From contig CBDBCF010000001.1 of NCBI GenBank assembly GCA_965202985.1, positions 192,001 through 256,000 on the forward strand: DNA of 64,000 nucleotides. Direction: 5' to 3'. The position numbers and the translations under genes were made by a program. Numbering within the stretch: position 1 is the first letter of the stretch; each line of letters starts with the position of its first letter. The notes under the pieces were generated by a model, which worked only from the letters and a program-made list of their open reading frames with translations, was not told the origin of the DNA and did not search any database. This DNA comes from Longimicrobiales bacterium (lineage in GTDB: Bacteria; Gemmatimonadota; Gemmatimonadetes; Longimicrobiales; Gaopeijiaceae). Below are positions 37,645 to 51,383 of the stretch, in pieces.

Positions 37645-38363
37645 TTCGCCCCGCCAGCCTCGATGGCGCGCTGGACGTCCAGGAACTGGAAGCCGCCCAA
37701 GCGCTGCGCCGGCCCGCTGCCGCCGTGGTGAACGAAGATCGTCGGCGTGCCCGCCACGCCCAGCAGCCGGCCGAGTCGAAGGTTGGCCGTCACCACGTCG
37801 GCGTGCCGGTCGCTTTCGAGGCAGCCGCGGAACGCGTTCGCGTCCAGCCCCGTCTCTTCCGCCAAGGCGACGAAGTGGCCTGTCGCGTCGCGCATGAGCG
37901 CCCAATCTCTCTGGGTGCCGAACACGGCGTCGTGATACTCGAAGTAGCGGCCCTGGCCCTGGTCGCCGGCGCAGCGTGCGGCCCGAGCGGCCAGGAAGGA
38001 GTGGCGATGACTGGCCAGCGGAAAGTCGTGAAACACCAGCTTGGCCTGCCCGGTCTCGATGTAGGTCAAGTCCAGCCGCGGCTTGACGAGCTGGGCGAAC
38101 TGGCCGCAGGCGGGGCACTGATAGTCGCCGAACTCCATGATGGTGATCGGAGCATCCGCGTCTCCGTAGACGATGCCCTGGGCCAAGTCGACCAGTTCCT
38201 GGTGCGCGATCTCGCCCAGTTCCACGGGCTCCGTGACCGGCTCGCCACGCTCGCCCCGGAGCGAGATCGCCACCACAACCGCGCCGCCAACCGCCGCTCC
38301 GGCGAGAAGAGCGTAGAACCACTTCAAGCCCGACGACGTCGACGCCCTATTCTTCTTGGTCAT
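37641..38363 (-). CDS. DsbA-like thioredoxin-fold oxidoreductase
   Basis: EFGDYQCPAC, DFPL, GVAGTPT; N-terminal TM anchor. Confidence 0.9.
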   Translation of the reverse strand: MTKKNRASTSSGLKWFYALLAGAAVGGAVVVAISLRGERGEPVTEPVELGEIAHQELVDLAQGIVYGDADAPITIMEFGDYQCPACGQFAQLVKPRLDLTYIETGQAKLVFHDFPLASHRHSFLAARAARCAGDQGQGRYFEYHDAVFGTQRDWALMRDATGHFVALAEETGLDANAFRGCLESDRHADVVTANLRLGRLLGVAGTPTIFVHHGGSGPAQRLGGFQFLDVQRAIEAGGAN

Positions 38364-38509
38364 CTCTTTGCTCCCTGGATGTTCGAATGGGACAAGCCCA
38401 TGTGAAGATGGGCCAAAACAAGCGGCGAAATCAAGTCGGGCCGGGGCTTGCCGCGCCTTGACCGATGGATTTAGTGTCTTGTTCGCGAGCCGCTTACCCT
38501 CCATTTCAA

Positions 38510-38981
38510 GCGTCGCCGGGCTGGCCGTCGCGGCCCTTGCCGCCGAGGGCTGGGCCCGCAGCAAGGCCGAGTTCAGACACCACCTTGCGAAGGCACTTCT
38601 ACGCTCACCTCAAGACCGGGCAGCTCTACGTGCCGGGATCGGAAGTCCGCGCTGCCAACATGCTGGAATACTGGACCGTCTCCCGCGCCAACCGCTGGGG
38701 TTTCGCGACCGCCCCCCTCCGTCCGACGGAGCAAAGACGACCTGGAACCGTCGTGCCGCGTGGCCGTCGTCGGCGATTCGTTCGTGGATGCCAAGCGGGT
38801 TCCGCTGTTCGACAAGCTGCATGTCATGCGTCGGAACGGCCGCGTTCAAGATCTGCACTTTGCCCACGACGGCCACTGGAACGCCACGGATCACCATTGG
38901 GCGGCGGGAACTCTGCTGGAATGGCTGGAACGGAACCGGGACGCCTGTGCTCGCGGTGGGCCGCCCAATCCGCACGAATGA
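38510..38981 (+). pseudogene. Decayed paralog of the SGNH-like gene at 43963-45245
   Basis: Fragments in different frames: ALAAEGWARS / VPGSEV...EYWTVSRANRWGF / DRPPP / CRVAVVGDSFV...DKLHV joined directly to RRNGR...HDGHWN...LLEWLE. Confidence 0.8.
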
Positions 38982-39029
38982 CGCCAAACGGGCTCGTCGG
39001 GATCCCACCAAGCGGACAATGCCAGCGCG

Positions 39030-39959
39030 CTATTCCAGCTTGGAGGCCGCCTCTCTTGCGTGCCGAGCATTGGACCGCCGGTAGTCGGACCACCCGTGCA
39101 GCATCTTCGTCATGCGCACCCCGAAGGGCGCCGCCTCCATGCGAGCCATCTTTGCTTGAGCGGTCTTCTTCGCGGCGAACGCCAGCACTGCCAACGGCGC
39201 GGTCCTGCCGAACACGCGCGCCATCATTGCGCCCTTCGCATACATCAAACGCCTGTCGGTGTGGCTCCGCGCCGCGGTGGTGACGGCCGGGTGGGACGAG
39301 ATCACGCTGGGGACGAACCAGACCTTCAAATTCTTGCGCAGGGCGTCCGCCAGGAAGATGCACTCTTCGCCGGATGCGTACCTTGCGCCAAATCCGAAGT
39401 CGGTGTCGAAGCGCAGCCCGACCTTCCTGACGCGAGAAAGCCGGAACGCGATCTCGGGCGTCCGAACGCGATGGACGCTGAGCACCGAGCGCAGCGGTCG
39501 GGGGCGCGTCGGGTAGCGCCTCCGCAGGGCACCGTCGGGCGTTCTCTCGGCAAAGGTGAGGATGTCCGCTTCGGGAAACCGAGCGAACGCTTCCTCTATG
39601 CGCTCGCAGACGTCGGGGACGTAGCGCTGGTCGTCGTCGCCGAGCAGGCAGATCTCGTCGGACGCGAGATCGAGGGCACGGTTGCGGCTGCGCGCCAACC
39701 CGCGCTCCCGGGGCTCGTCCAGTGCCGCGAAGCCCTCGGCCACCGACGGGTCGTAGCGACGGAACGAGGCCGCGGGCGCGACGGCCGGCGCTCGAGCCTT
39801 GGTCGGGGGTGGGGCAGGCGCCTGCACCGGGCGAGGGACGGGACGGCGCAGCGCGTAGGCGGCCGGGGCGAGTTGGTTGACGACGACGAAGCGGTCTTGG
39901 CCCAAGCCGGTGGCGGCCCAGTCGAATCGGGCGTTGACCGTGGACATGAGGACTTGCAC
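39030..39959 (-). CDS. GT2-like glycosyltransferase
   Basis: QVLMST, VVVNQ, ERGLARSRNRAL, LGDDD, FDTDFGFGA, GEECIFL. Start approximate. Confidence 0.8.
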   Translation of the reverse strand: MQVLMSTVNARFDWAATGLGQDRFVVVNQLAPAAYALRRPVPRPVQAPAPPPTKARAPAVAPAASFRRYDPSVAEGFAALDEPRERGLARSRNRALDLASDEICLLGDDDQRYVPDVCERIEEAFARFPEADILTFAERTPDGALRRRYPTRPRPLRSVLSVHRVRTPEIAFRLSRVRKVGLRFDTDFGFGARYASGEECIFLADALRKNLKVWFVPSVISSHPAVTTAARSHTDRRLMYAKGAMMARVFGRTAPLAVLAFAAKKTAQAKMARMEAAPFGVRMTKMLHGWSDYRRSNARHAREAASKLE

Positions 39960-39985
39960 CGGACGGGCAACCCCTGCTTCTGCCT

Positions 39986-40993
39986 CTACGCGGAAGCCGC
40001 TCGGGAAGGGGCGCCGGCGGGGGCGTCCGGAATGGCAGCGGCCATGATCTCCGGCAGCAGCGACGTGTCCAGGTTCCCCCCGGACAGAACCGCGCAGACT
40101 TTGCGGCCCGCGCTGCGGACGGTGCCGGTCAACAGCGCAGCAACGGCGGCCGCGCCCGAGTACTCCACCACCAGCTTGCGGCGTTGCAGGAGATGGGCGG
40201 CGGCGCGCTGGACGGCGGCGTCGGGGACGAGCACCACGTCGTCCAGAAACGCCGCCGCGTGGGCGTGGGTCAGGTCGCCGGCGCGGGTGGGCGCCAAGCC
40301 GTCGGCGATGGTGTCGATGCGGTCCAGCAAGACGGGGCCGCCGGCGTCCAGCGCCCGCCTCATGGTGGGTGCGCCTTCGGGTTCCACCCCGACCACCTTG
40401 GCGCCGGGACTTCGCCGCTTCGCCGCGGCGCCGCAGCCTGCCGCTTGTCCTCCGCCTCCGATCGGCAGCAGCAGCATGTCGGCTTCGGGCCAGTCGTCCA
40501 GCACCTCCAAGGCCAGCGTGCCCTGACCTGCGATGATCCATCGGTGGTCGAAGGGGGGAACCATGACCAAGCCCTCGGCCTGGGCGATCTCCTCCGCCTG
40601 CGCGCGACGGTGCTCGGACATGGTTCCGGCGAACTCGACCTGCGCCCCCAGCCGGCGGGCGCCGTCGCTCTTGACCCGGGGCGCCGTGGTGGGCATCACC
40701 ACGACCGCGCGGATGCCGTGCCGACGGGCGGCGAACGCCACCGCCTGGGCGTGGTTGCCCGACGAGTACGTGATCACGCCCCTTGCCCGCGACTCCGGCG
40801 ACAGACGGGCCAGGAAGTTGCAGGCGCCCCGGGCCTTGAAGGAGCCGGCCTTCTGGAGGGACTCGCACTTGAGCCGCACTTCGCCCCCGAGCGCTTCGGA
40901 CAGGTCGGGATCGGGCAGTAGGGGGGTTCGCACCACAGCCCTCTGGATGCGCTCCGCCGCGGCCTCGACGCTGGCCAGGGAGACCAGCGACAC
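39986..40993 (-). CDS. PLP-dependent threonine/serine dehydratase (serine racemase-like)
   Basis: LKCESLQKAGSFKARGA, SSGNHAQ, GQGT, TIADGL, LSGGN. Confidence 0.9.
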   Translation of the reverse strand: MSLVSLASVEAAAERIQRAVVRTPLLPDPDLSEALGGEVRLKCESLQKAGSFKARGACNFLARLSPESRARGVITYSSGNHAQAVAFAARRHGIRAVVVMPTTAPRVKSDGARRLGAQVEFAGTMSEHRRAQAEEIAQAEGLVMVPPFDHRWIIAGQGTLALEVLDDWPEADMLLLPIGGGGQAAGCGAAAKRRSPGAKVVGVEPEGAPTMRRALDAGGPVLLDRIDTIADGLAPTRAGDLTHAHAAAFLDDVVLVPDAAVQRAAAHLLQRRKLVVEYSGAAAVAALLTGTVRSAGRKVCAVLSGGNLDTSLLPEIMAAAIPDAPAGAPSRAASA

Positions 40994-43656
40994 TAGGCGT
41001 CGCGCTCGGAGTTCGGGTCCGCGTCGTCCCCCTCGCCCTCTTCGCCCAGCACGCGCGCCACGTCCACCAGCGAGTCGCCCTCGTCCAGGTTCACCAGCCG
41101 CACGCCCTGCGTGGCCCGCCCGATGACACGCATTTCCGACACGTTCTGGCGGTTCACCACGCCGTTGCGGGTCATCACCATGAGCTGGTCGCCGTCGGCC
41201 ACGGACTTCACGGCCACGACCCGACCCGTCTTCTCGGACAACTTGAGGTTGATCACGCCCTTGCCGCCCCGCTTCTGGAGCCGGTATTCGCCGATCTCGC
41301 TTCGCTTGCCCATTCCGCGCTCGGTGGCCACCAGCAGGGTGGCGTTCGGCCTGCGCACCACGACCATCCCGACCACCTCGTCGCCGTCGTCCAAACGGAT
41401 GCCGCGCACGCCCGCCGTGGTCCGCCCCATTGGCCGCGCATTCGACTCCAGGAACCGGATCGCCTTGCCCTGCCGCGTGGCCAGCACGACCTCGTTGGCG
41501 CCGTCGGTGATCCGCACGTCGATGAGGGCGTCGCCTTCGCGCACGTTGATCCCGTGGATGCCCACGGAGCGCACGTTGCCGTAGGCCGACAGGGGCGTCT
41601 TTTTGACGACGCCCTTCCGCGTGCAGAAGAGCAGGAACTGGTCGGCCGGGAAGGCGCGCACAGCCACCACGGCGGCCACGGACTCGCCCGACGGCAAGTC
41701 GACCAAGTTGACGATGGGCTTGCCCTTCGCCTGTCGGCTTCCCTGCGGAATCTCCCAAACCTTGACCCAGTGGCACCGCCCCCGGTCGCTGAAGACCATC
41801 AGGTAGTCGTGGGTGGACGCCACGAAGAGGTGCTCCACCCAGTCTTCGGCCTTGGTTCCCATGCCGCGAAGCCCGCGGCCGCCCCGACGTTGCGAGCGGT
41901 AGGTGTCGATGGGGATGCGCTTTACGTAGCCCTGGCGGGACACGGTGATCACCATCTCTTCGTCCGCGATCAGGTCCTCCACGTTGAACGACGACACGCT
42001 CCCCACGATCTGGGAACGCCGGTCGTCGCCGAAGCGGTCCGCAACCTCGCGCAGCTCGTCCTTGACGATGTCCAGACGCACTTGGCGGTCGCCCAGTATC
42101 CGCTCGAGCTCGGCGATCTGTTCCCGGACCTGTGCCAGTTCCTGGTCCAGCTTGTCCATCTCCAGGTTGGTCAGCCGGGCCAGTCGCATGTCCAGAATGG
42201 CGCGAGCTTGTCGCTCGGACAGGTCGAACGCGCTGCGCAGCCCTACGGCCGCTTCCGCCGCGTCCTGGGAGCCTCGGATGATGCGCACGACCTGGTCGAT
42301 GTTGTCCACCGCGATGCGGAGGCCGTCCAGGACGTGCTCGCGTTCCTTGGCCGCCGCCAGCTCGAACTCGCTGCGCCGCACCACCACGTCGTGGCGGTGA
42401 TGCACGAAGTGGGCCAGCATGTTCAGCAGCGGCATCACCTTGGGCACGCCGTCCACCAGGGCCAGGAATATGGCGCCGAAGGTGGACTGCATCTGGGTGT
42501 GCTTGTAGAGGCGATTCAGGACCACGTGCGGCACGGCCTCGCGCTTGAGCTCGACGACGATGCGCAGTCCGTCGCGGTCGGATTCGTCGCGCAGGTCGCG
42601 GATCGAGACGAGCTTCTTCTCTCTGACCAGCGCGGCGATCTGCTCGATGAGGCGCGCCTTGTTCACCATGAACGGGATCTCGTGCACCACGATCCGGGAA
42701 GGACCGTCGTCTCCTTCCTCCACGGTGGCCTTGGCGCGTATGACGATCCGGCCGCGGCCCGTGCGGTACGCCTCGCGGATGCCGCTGGTGCCGCAGATGT
42801 AGCCCCCGGTGGGGAAGTCGGGGCCGGGAACCAGCGACTCCAGCCGTTCCTTGATCCGGGCTAGGCGGCCCGCCTGGAAGAGATCGGCGCTCCGTTCAGC
42901 GCCCGCGCCCACGGCCAAACCGGCGGTGGCCCCAACGCCCGCGGCCCCGACCCGGCCCGGCACCAAGTCGGAATCCGTCCTGCGGCGCGGGGCCGCCTGC
43001 TGGTCCCTGCGGACGATCGCCTCCAAGTCCTCCCAAGGAAGCTCGTCGATCAGCGCGATCAGGCCGTCCACCACCTCGCGCAGGTTGTGGGGCGGGATGT
43101 TGGTGGCCATGCCCACCGCGATCCCCGACGACCCGTTGACCAGCAAGTTGGGGGCCTTGGAGGGCAGGACCGACGGCTCCTTCAAGCGCCCGTCGAAGTT
43201 CTCGTCGAAGCGGACCGTTTCCTTGTCGATGTCCGCGAGCAGCTCCATCGTCAGCCGTTGCAGGCGGGCTTCGGTGTAGCGGTAGGCCGCCGCGGAGTCG
43301 CCGTCGATGGAGCCGAAGTTGCCCTGGCCGTCCACGAGCGGGTAGCGCAGGGAGAAGTCCTGAACCATCCGCACCAGGGCGTCGTAGACCGCCGAGTCGC
43401 CGTGGGGGTGGTACTTGCCCAGCACCTCGCCCACCACCGTGGCGCACTTCTTGTAGGCCCGCCCCGGGGACAGCCCCAGCTCGGACATGGCGTAGAGGAT
43501 TCGCCGATGGACGGGCTTGAGGCCGTCGCGCACGTCCGGCAGGGCGCGCTGGACGTTCACGCTCATCGAGTAGTCGATGAACGACTCGCGCATTTCCTGC
43601 TCTAGGATGCGCTCCAGGATGCGCTCGCCGGCGCTGGTCGGCTCGTCGTGAGACAT
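40993..43656 (-). CDS. gyrA: DNA gyrase subunit A
   Basis: [31 protein letters not shown], GyrA-box QRRGGRG, C-terminal pinwheel repeats. Confidence 0.97.
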   Translation of the reverse strand: MSHDEPTSAGERILERILEQEMRESFIDYSMSVNVQRALPDVRDGLKPVHRRILYAMSELGLSPGRAYKKCATVVGEVLGKYHPHGDSAVYDALVRMVQDFSLRYPLVDGQGNFGSIDGDSAAAYRYTEARLQRLTMELLADIDKETVRFDENFDGRLKEPSVLPSKAPNLLVNGSSGIAVGMATNIPPHNLREVVDGLIALIDELPWEDLEAIVRRDQQAAPRRRTDSDLVPGRVGAAGVGATAGLAVGAGAERSADLFQAGRLARIKERLESLVPGPDFPTGGYICGTSGIREAYRTGRGRIVIRAKATVEEGDDGPSRIVVHEIPFMVNKARLIEQIAALVREKKLVSIRDLRDESDRDGLRIVVELKREAVPHVVLNRLYKHTQMQSTFGAIFLALVDGVPKVMPLLNMLAHFVHHRHDVVVRRSEFELAAAKEREHVLDGLRIAVDNIDQVVRIIRGSQDAAEAAVGLRSAFDLSERQARAILDMRLARLTNLEMDKLDQELAQVREQIAELERILGDRQVRLDIVKDELREVADRFGDDRRSQIVGSVSSFNVEDLIADEEMVITVSRQGYVKRIPIDTYRSQRRGGRGLRGMGTKAEDWVEHLFVASTHDYLMVFSDRGRCHWVKVWEIPQGSRQAKGKPIVNLVDLPSGESVAAVVAVRAFPADQFLLFCTRKGVVKKTPLSAYGNVRSVGIHGINVREGDALIDVRITDGANEVVLATRQGKAIRFLESNARPMGRTTAGVRGIRLDDGDEVVGMVVVRRPNATLLVATERGMGKRSEIGEYRLQKRGGKGVINLKLSEKTGRVVAVKSVADGDQLMVMTRNGVVNRQNVSEMRVIGRATQGVRLVNLDEGDSLVDVARVLGEEGEGDDADPNSERDA

Positions 43657-43962
43657 GGCTCAATCTAGCCGGATCGACGGCCTCTCTCAACCCGCGCCAG
43701 CCGCGTGGACCGCTGGTTGAGCGAGCGGATCGACGACGCTCTGGACCCGCGGAGGGTGCGGCATTCGCTGGCGGCGGCATGCCTGCTGGCGGTTCAGGGC
43801 GTCGGAACCACCTGGACGCTGCCTGCCCTCGTGCCAGCTTCGACGTCCACTCCGGTGCACCGGTGCGTCCAGCACACGCCAAAGCGCGTTCCGAACGCCG
43901 AAAACGCGCGACGCCGAAGCCCGAGCGTCACATCGCCCCCGGCCCGCCGGGCTGCATCTGGA

Positions 43963-45245
43963 TCACCCGCACGTGTCTTGGTTCTGCTCCAGCCATTCCA
44001 GCAGTGCTTCTGCCGCCCACTGGTGGCCCTGGGCGTTCCAGTGGCCGCTGTGAGCCCAGGTCGCGTCCCGAATGCGGCCGTTCCGGCGCGCGATGTAGGC
44101 GTACTGGTCGACTACGGGAATGTCTCGCGCGGATGCAAGGGCATGCATGCGCTCGAACCTCAAGGTTCCGTTCGTTCCCATGCTGTGGGTAGCAAGCATC
44201 AACAGACCGAAGTTGTCGCGCTCGGCACGGGTCTTCCATTCGTCCAACGCGAATCCCGTGTAGTCCAGAGCTTCCTGGGCGGCCTCCGGTAAGCGGGCGT
44301 CGTCGAAGATTCTCACAATCGGTTGCTTCCAGTCCACGAGCAAATGCGAGTACCTGGGGTCCTGTGCTCTCCTTAGTCGCCTTTCGGCTCGAGCACGTTG
44401 GCTCGCGATCAGGCGGACTTTGGCGTCCAAGAACAGGGCGAAGTGCGAGGTTGACCTGGCAATCCTTCTGACGGCTGCGAGAAGAGGACGCTTTGGGTGA
44501 GGCATGGGCGTGTTGCGATGTGCCCCCGGATCGGGGGGACGCATCAAGAAAGCGCCGTCGGCGTTTCGCCGGGCCGATATCCAGGGCAACCCATCCGGGT
44601 CGTACTCAGTTTGCATTCCCTTGAAGACATAATGGTTGTCGACTAAGTCGTTGCGAACGAAGACGAGCACGACGACGTGCGGCGAAGTCCTGGAGACGAA
44701 CTCGTCGTAGTAGCCGAGTTGATGGATCTGTCCGGTGCCCGGATGGCTAAAGGCGGAGGTTGCGACGCGCAACGAGGGCAGACGTTCGCGGGCCATGTCT
44801 TCCAACCGCACATGCAACTTGTCCGCAATGGGGACTTCCACGGCGGCCACAAACGAGTCGCCGACGACGGCCACGCGGCACGACGCATTACTATTAGTGG
44901 TGCCGTCTTCTAGGGGGGGGGGGGGGGGGGGGGGCGATCAAGAAAGCCCCAGCGGTTGACCCGGGTAACGTTCCAGTAATCGAGTATGTTGGTGTGGTAG
45001 CTCTCCGACCCCGGCACCTGAAGACGTCCTGCCCTGGGATGGATGTAGCTCTTAGCGACCGGGGTCTCGAAATCCTCGATGAGCCTCGTGTACACCTGGG
45101 CGTCCACCGACCCAACGGAACGGAGCCCGATCCTGCTCCGGGCCCAGCCCTCGGCCGCAAGCGCGACGACCATCAGCCCGACCAGAGTCCAGGCCGCGTT
45201 GATCGCGGCGACCCGCGCTGCGCTTCGCCGCCCACCTGTCGCCAT
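43963..45245 (-). pseudogene. SGNH-like (AlgJ/AlgX-type) membrane-anchored protein split at a C22 homopolymer
   Basis: 5' ORF 44910-45245 (TM, ...NRWGFLDRPPPPPPP*) and 3' ORF (CRVAVVGDSF, TGQIHQL, RNDLVDN, HSGHWN) join into one frame if the tract is 3n+2 long. Confidence 0.78.
44913..44934. repeat. 22-nt G/C homopolymer inside a coding region
   Basis: Direct count of G residues, 44913-44934. Confidence 0.95.
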
Positions 45246-45257
45246 CGCCTTCCTCCG

Positions 45258-46385
45258 TCAAAGGGGCCAGGAAACCACCGGGCAAAGGCGGCGGAAGAGA
45301 TCTAGGTAGCCGTCCGCTGCTATGTCCGCGGAGTGGGGGCGCGCACCCGCTCTTAGTAGCGACGGGGCGACGGGCTGGTCCAACGTGTCGAGCAGCGCCG
45401 CCGCCAATGCCAACGCGTCGCCGACCGGGACCAAGCGGCCCAACTTCCCGTCCGCAAGGAGCTCCCGCGGCCCGCTGGGGCAGTCGGTGCTCACCACCTG
45501 CGTGCCGCAGGCCATTGCCTCGAACACGACCAAGGGGCATCCTTCGTAGACGGACGACACCGCCAGGACATTCGCTTTCGCCATGAACGCCGCCGGATTG
45601 GTCTGGAAACCGACGAAGTCGACGACGGCCGCTATGCCCAAGTCCCGCGCCAGCGCCCCCAAGCCATCTCTCTCGGGGCCGTCGCCCACGACGACGAGAC
45701 GGAGAGCCCGCGACTTCGCCGCTTCGGCAAACGCATGGAGCAGCACGGAACACGCCTTTTGCGGCGCGAGCCGGCCCACAAACAGGATCACGGGAACGTC
45801 GGATTCCCTGAGCCACGGATGCCGTACTTCTTCGAGCGCCTTTTGGTGATGGTCGATATCGAGCGCCGGGAGCACGACGTGCACAAGGTCGGCCAGCTCG
45901 GGAGCGTGACACAGCAAGTCGTCCTCGGCGCCGCGCGAAACTACTACCACCGCGCCGGCGCACCGCCACATTCGCAACGCCAGGTCAAGGGTGGCTCGTC
46001 CTTTGAGGCCCGCCGCCGCTCGGCGCATCGAGAATGTGTTGTCGAATCGCACCACCACCTCGAACGACCTGCCCAGTACCTGTTGCGCAAGCAACACCGC
46101 GATGCTGGCCACCGCCGAATTGGCGACGACGACGTGCGGGCGGGCGCGGCGCAGGTACCGAAACAGCGCCGGGAGGCCCGTGGCCGTGCGCTTGCTCTTC
46201 AGGTCCACAACGCGCGGTCCGTCCGGCGGCAGATCGAGACGGGGGCGAGTGGCGTCCACGAGCACGACGTCCACGGACACGCCGCGCGCGTGCAGGCACT
46301 TCGCAAGGCGCTTCACAACATGCTCCACGCCTCCGAAATGACTTGCCGGCGAGGCAAGCAGCGCAACTCGCCCGCTTTCGTCCAT
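45258..46385 (-). CDS. GT4 glycosyltransferase
   Basis: GGVEHV, VGRLAPQK, VGDGPER, SSVYEGCPLVVFEAMACG, TDCPSGPRE. Confidence 0.9.
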   Translation of the reverse strand: MDESGRVALLASPASHFGGVEHVVKRLAKCLHARGVSVDVVLVDATRPRLDLPPDGPRVVDLKSKRTATGLPALFRYLRRARPHVVVANSAVASIAVLLAQQVLGRSFEVVVRFDNTFSMRRAAAGLKGRATLDLALRMWRCAGAVVVVSRGAEDDLLCHAPELADLVHVVLPALDIDHHQKALEEVRHPWLRESDVPVILFVGRLAPQKACSVLLHAFAEAAKSRALRLVVVGDGPERDGLGALARDLGIAAVVDFVGFQTNPAAFMAKANVLAVSSVYEGCPLVVFEAMACGTQVVSTDCPSGPRELLADGKLGRLVPVGDALALAAALLDTLDQPVAPSLLRAGARPHSADIAADGYLDLFRRLCPVVSWPL

Positions 46386-47122
46386 TAGAACTTGTAGTCG
46401 AAGATCTCGATGAGCTTGGCGTACCGTCGGGCAATGTAATCGCGAGACCAAGTCGTGTAGTGGTCGCGGTAGTGGAGCGACTTCGGGCGAGACCAAGACT
46501 TTGTGCGAGGCAGAGGGTCGGTCGGAAGCTCAAGGCGCCTGCACAACGCATCGTAGTCGGCTTGGAGGTGTTCGAATCGAATGTAAAAATCCAAGCAAGG
46601 ACGTTCGTCGATCAAATAGAACTTCGGCCAACGCTCCAGCTTCGCTTCGTGCCACCGGCGTCGCAGTGCCCGTTCAACGCTCTGCCTGATCTCCGACCGG
46701 TGCGCCTGCATGAGTCTCCAGCGCCGTCGCGGATTGAGGATGCCCGCCCTGAGCGAAGGAGGACGCCGCACGATCCTGCGCCAGAGGTACAGCCGCCACC
46801 AATACAGCGACACAAACCAATCCCATGGGTTTCTGACGACGGAGAATTTGAAGTAGTCGTCCCAAACGACGGCTCCGATGACCTTTCGGACAACTGCCGC
46901 CGGGGGATGCGCCTGGTGGGTTTTGTATACTTCGTCGAAGATATCCACGTTGCGTCCGGCTACCCTGCCCGCGGCGGCGGCGTCGAATTCGGTATCGGAC
47001 GGAAATTCCAGCACTACGTCGTTGTCCGTGCACAAACGGGAAAGGGAGGCTATGATGCTGCTGGTCGCAACTTTGTCGGGCCGCACGAAGATGAACTTGC
47101 GGCTGTGCGATACGATCGTCAT
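46385..47122 (-). CDS. Sulfotransferase family 2 protein
   Basis: FIFVRPDKVATSSI (5'-PSB-like), FSVVRNPWDWFVSLY (3'-PB), IRFEHL, YRDHY, FDYKF. Confidence 0.85.
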   Translation of the reverse strand: MTIVSHSRKFIFVRPDKVATSSIIASLSRLCTDNDVVLEFPSDTEFDAAAAGRVAGRNVDIFDEVYKTHQAHPPAAVVRKVIGAVVWDDYFKFSVVRNPWDWFVSLYWWRLYLWRRIVRRPPSLRAGILNPRRRWRLMQAHRSEIRQSVERALRRRWHEAKLERWPKFYLIDERPCLDFYIRFEHLQADYDALCRRLELPTDPLPRTKSWSRPKSLHYRDHYTTWSRDYIARRYAKLIEIFDYKF

Positions 47123-47271
47123 GCTACCCTCCCTCTCTCTCCGAATTTGTATCGAACGCACAACGCCCGGGACGCAGTGGCTCGCGGCCGCGAATGATTC
47201 GGCTATTCGGCATCCGTCAACGTTAGTGGGACGGTGGAGGGCGGTCAAGCGATCAGCGGGGCGGGCGCTCG

Positions 47272-48330
47272 TCAAGCCACAGCGACGAAGTCGACGCCTT
47301 CCATCAGCCCGGCTCGGCGTGCAGCGCTGCGGACCGCCTGGCGACCGGCAGCGCGGGCCACGGCGCCCAGATGAAGCACTTTGCCGAACGCCGAAACCGA
47401 CGCGGCGTCCCGGACGGGCGCCCCGTGGATGGTCTGGCCGATCTTGCGGGAGTCCACCTCCACGAACCCGCGCACGGCCACGCCTTGGCGAAGGCATTCC
47501 AGGGCGAGGCGCTTGCCCGTGGGACCTGCGCCCCAGATCGCGACGCCGTCGCGGCCGGCCAGGAGGCTCTTGCGCAGGTGATGGACTCGGCAGGCGCGGA
47601 AGGCGGGGATCGAGTAGGCAGGGTGGGTGCGGCTCAGTCGAGCGCCGTCTTGGTTCCAGTCCAGCAGCACCTGGGGCGCGGCGACGAAGCGGTGGCCGGC
47701 CCGCCACAAGCGAAGCAGCAGGTCGTAGTCCTCGGGCCAGCCTCGGTCGCGGTACCCGCCCGCTTCCCGCAGCACGTCCGCCCGGAACAGGAACGTAGGG
47801 TGAGCCAGGGGACATTCGACGAAGAGGTCGGCCCGGACCGCGTCCCAATCGGTCATGGCGTTGACCCAGGCTTCGTACTCCGCGCCCCGCGGGGTGAGGC
47901 GCGACGACGGCGTCATGCGCACTTGGGCGCCGCAGCCCGCCAAGCCGGTGCGTCGCAGGAACGCCGTCTGGACCTCGAATCGCTCGGGACGGCAGACGTC
48001 GTCCGCGTCCATGCGGGCCACCAGGGGCGCACGCGCTTCCGCCAAGCCAAGCTGCAGGGCCGACACGATCCCCGCCGGTTCTGTGCGCAGGCCTCGGACG
48101 CGAGGGTCGCGCTTCTCCCACTCGTGCACCACGGCAGGCGTGTCGTCCCGGGAACCGTCGTCCACCACGATCGCCTCGAAGGCGCCGAAGGTCTGTCCGG
48201 CGAGCGAGCGGAGCGCCCTGTCCAGCGTGGCGGCGCCGTCCCGCACCGGCAGCACGACGGACACCTCGGGGGTGCGCCCTCCGCGTCGCCGGCGAGCGGC
48301 GGCCGGCAGCCCACCCGCTGTCGCGTCCAA
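47272..48330 (-). CDS. GT2 glycosyltransferase with C-terminal Rossmann-like domain
   Basis: VSVVLPV, VDDGSRD, RMDADD, HPT, WPEDYDL, IWGAGPTGK. Confidence 0.88.
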   Translation of the reverse strand: MDATAGGLPAAARRRRGGRTPEVSVVLPVRDGAATLDRALRSLAGQTFGAFEAIVVDDGSRDDTPAVVHEWEKRDPRVRGLRTEPAGIVSALQLGLAEARAPLVARMDADDVCRPERFEVQTAFLRRTGLAGCGAQVRMTPSSRLTPRGAEYEAWVNAMTDWDAVRADLFVECPLAHPTFLFRADVLREAGGYRDRGWPEDYDLLLRLWRAGHRFVAAPQVLLDWNQDGARLSRTHPAYSIPAFRACRVHHLRKSLLAGRDGVAIWGAGPTGKRLALECLRQGVAVRGFVEVDSRKIGQTIHGAPVRDAASVSAFGKVLHLGAVARAAGRQAVRSAARRAGLMEGVDFVAVA

Positions 48331-48341
48331 CGTCGCCCGCC

Positions 48342-51326
<2,985 letters not shown>

Positions 51327-51383
51327 GGGGTGGGGACTATACCCGTTGCCACGGGCCGCGCAATTCCCGACAGTTCAGCCCTC

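Noticed and set aside
42850..43046. Intein in GyrA
   Set aside because: Too short, no Cys/Ser start or HN end, and not next to the catalytic Tyr
43686..43720. Imperfect hairpin upstream of gyrA as an ncRNA or REP
   Set aside because: Single imperfect copy; no second instance recognised in the window
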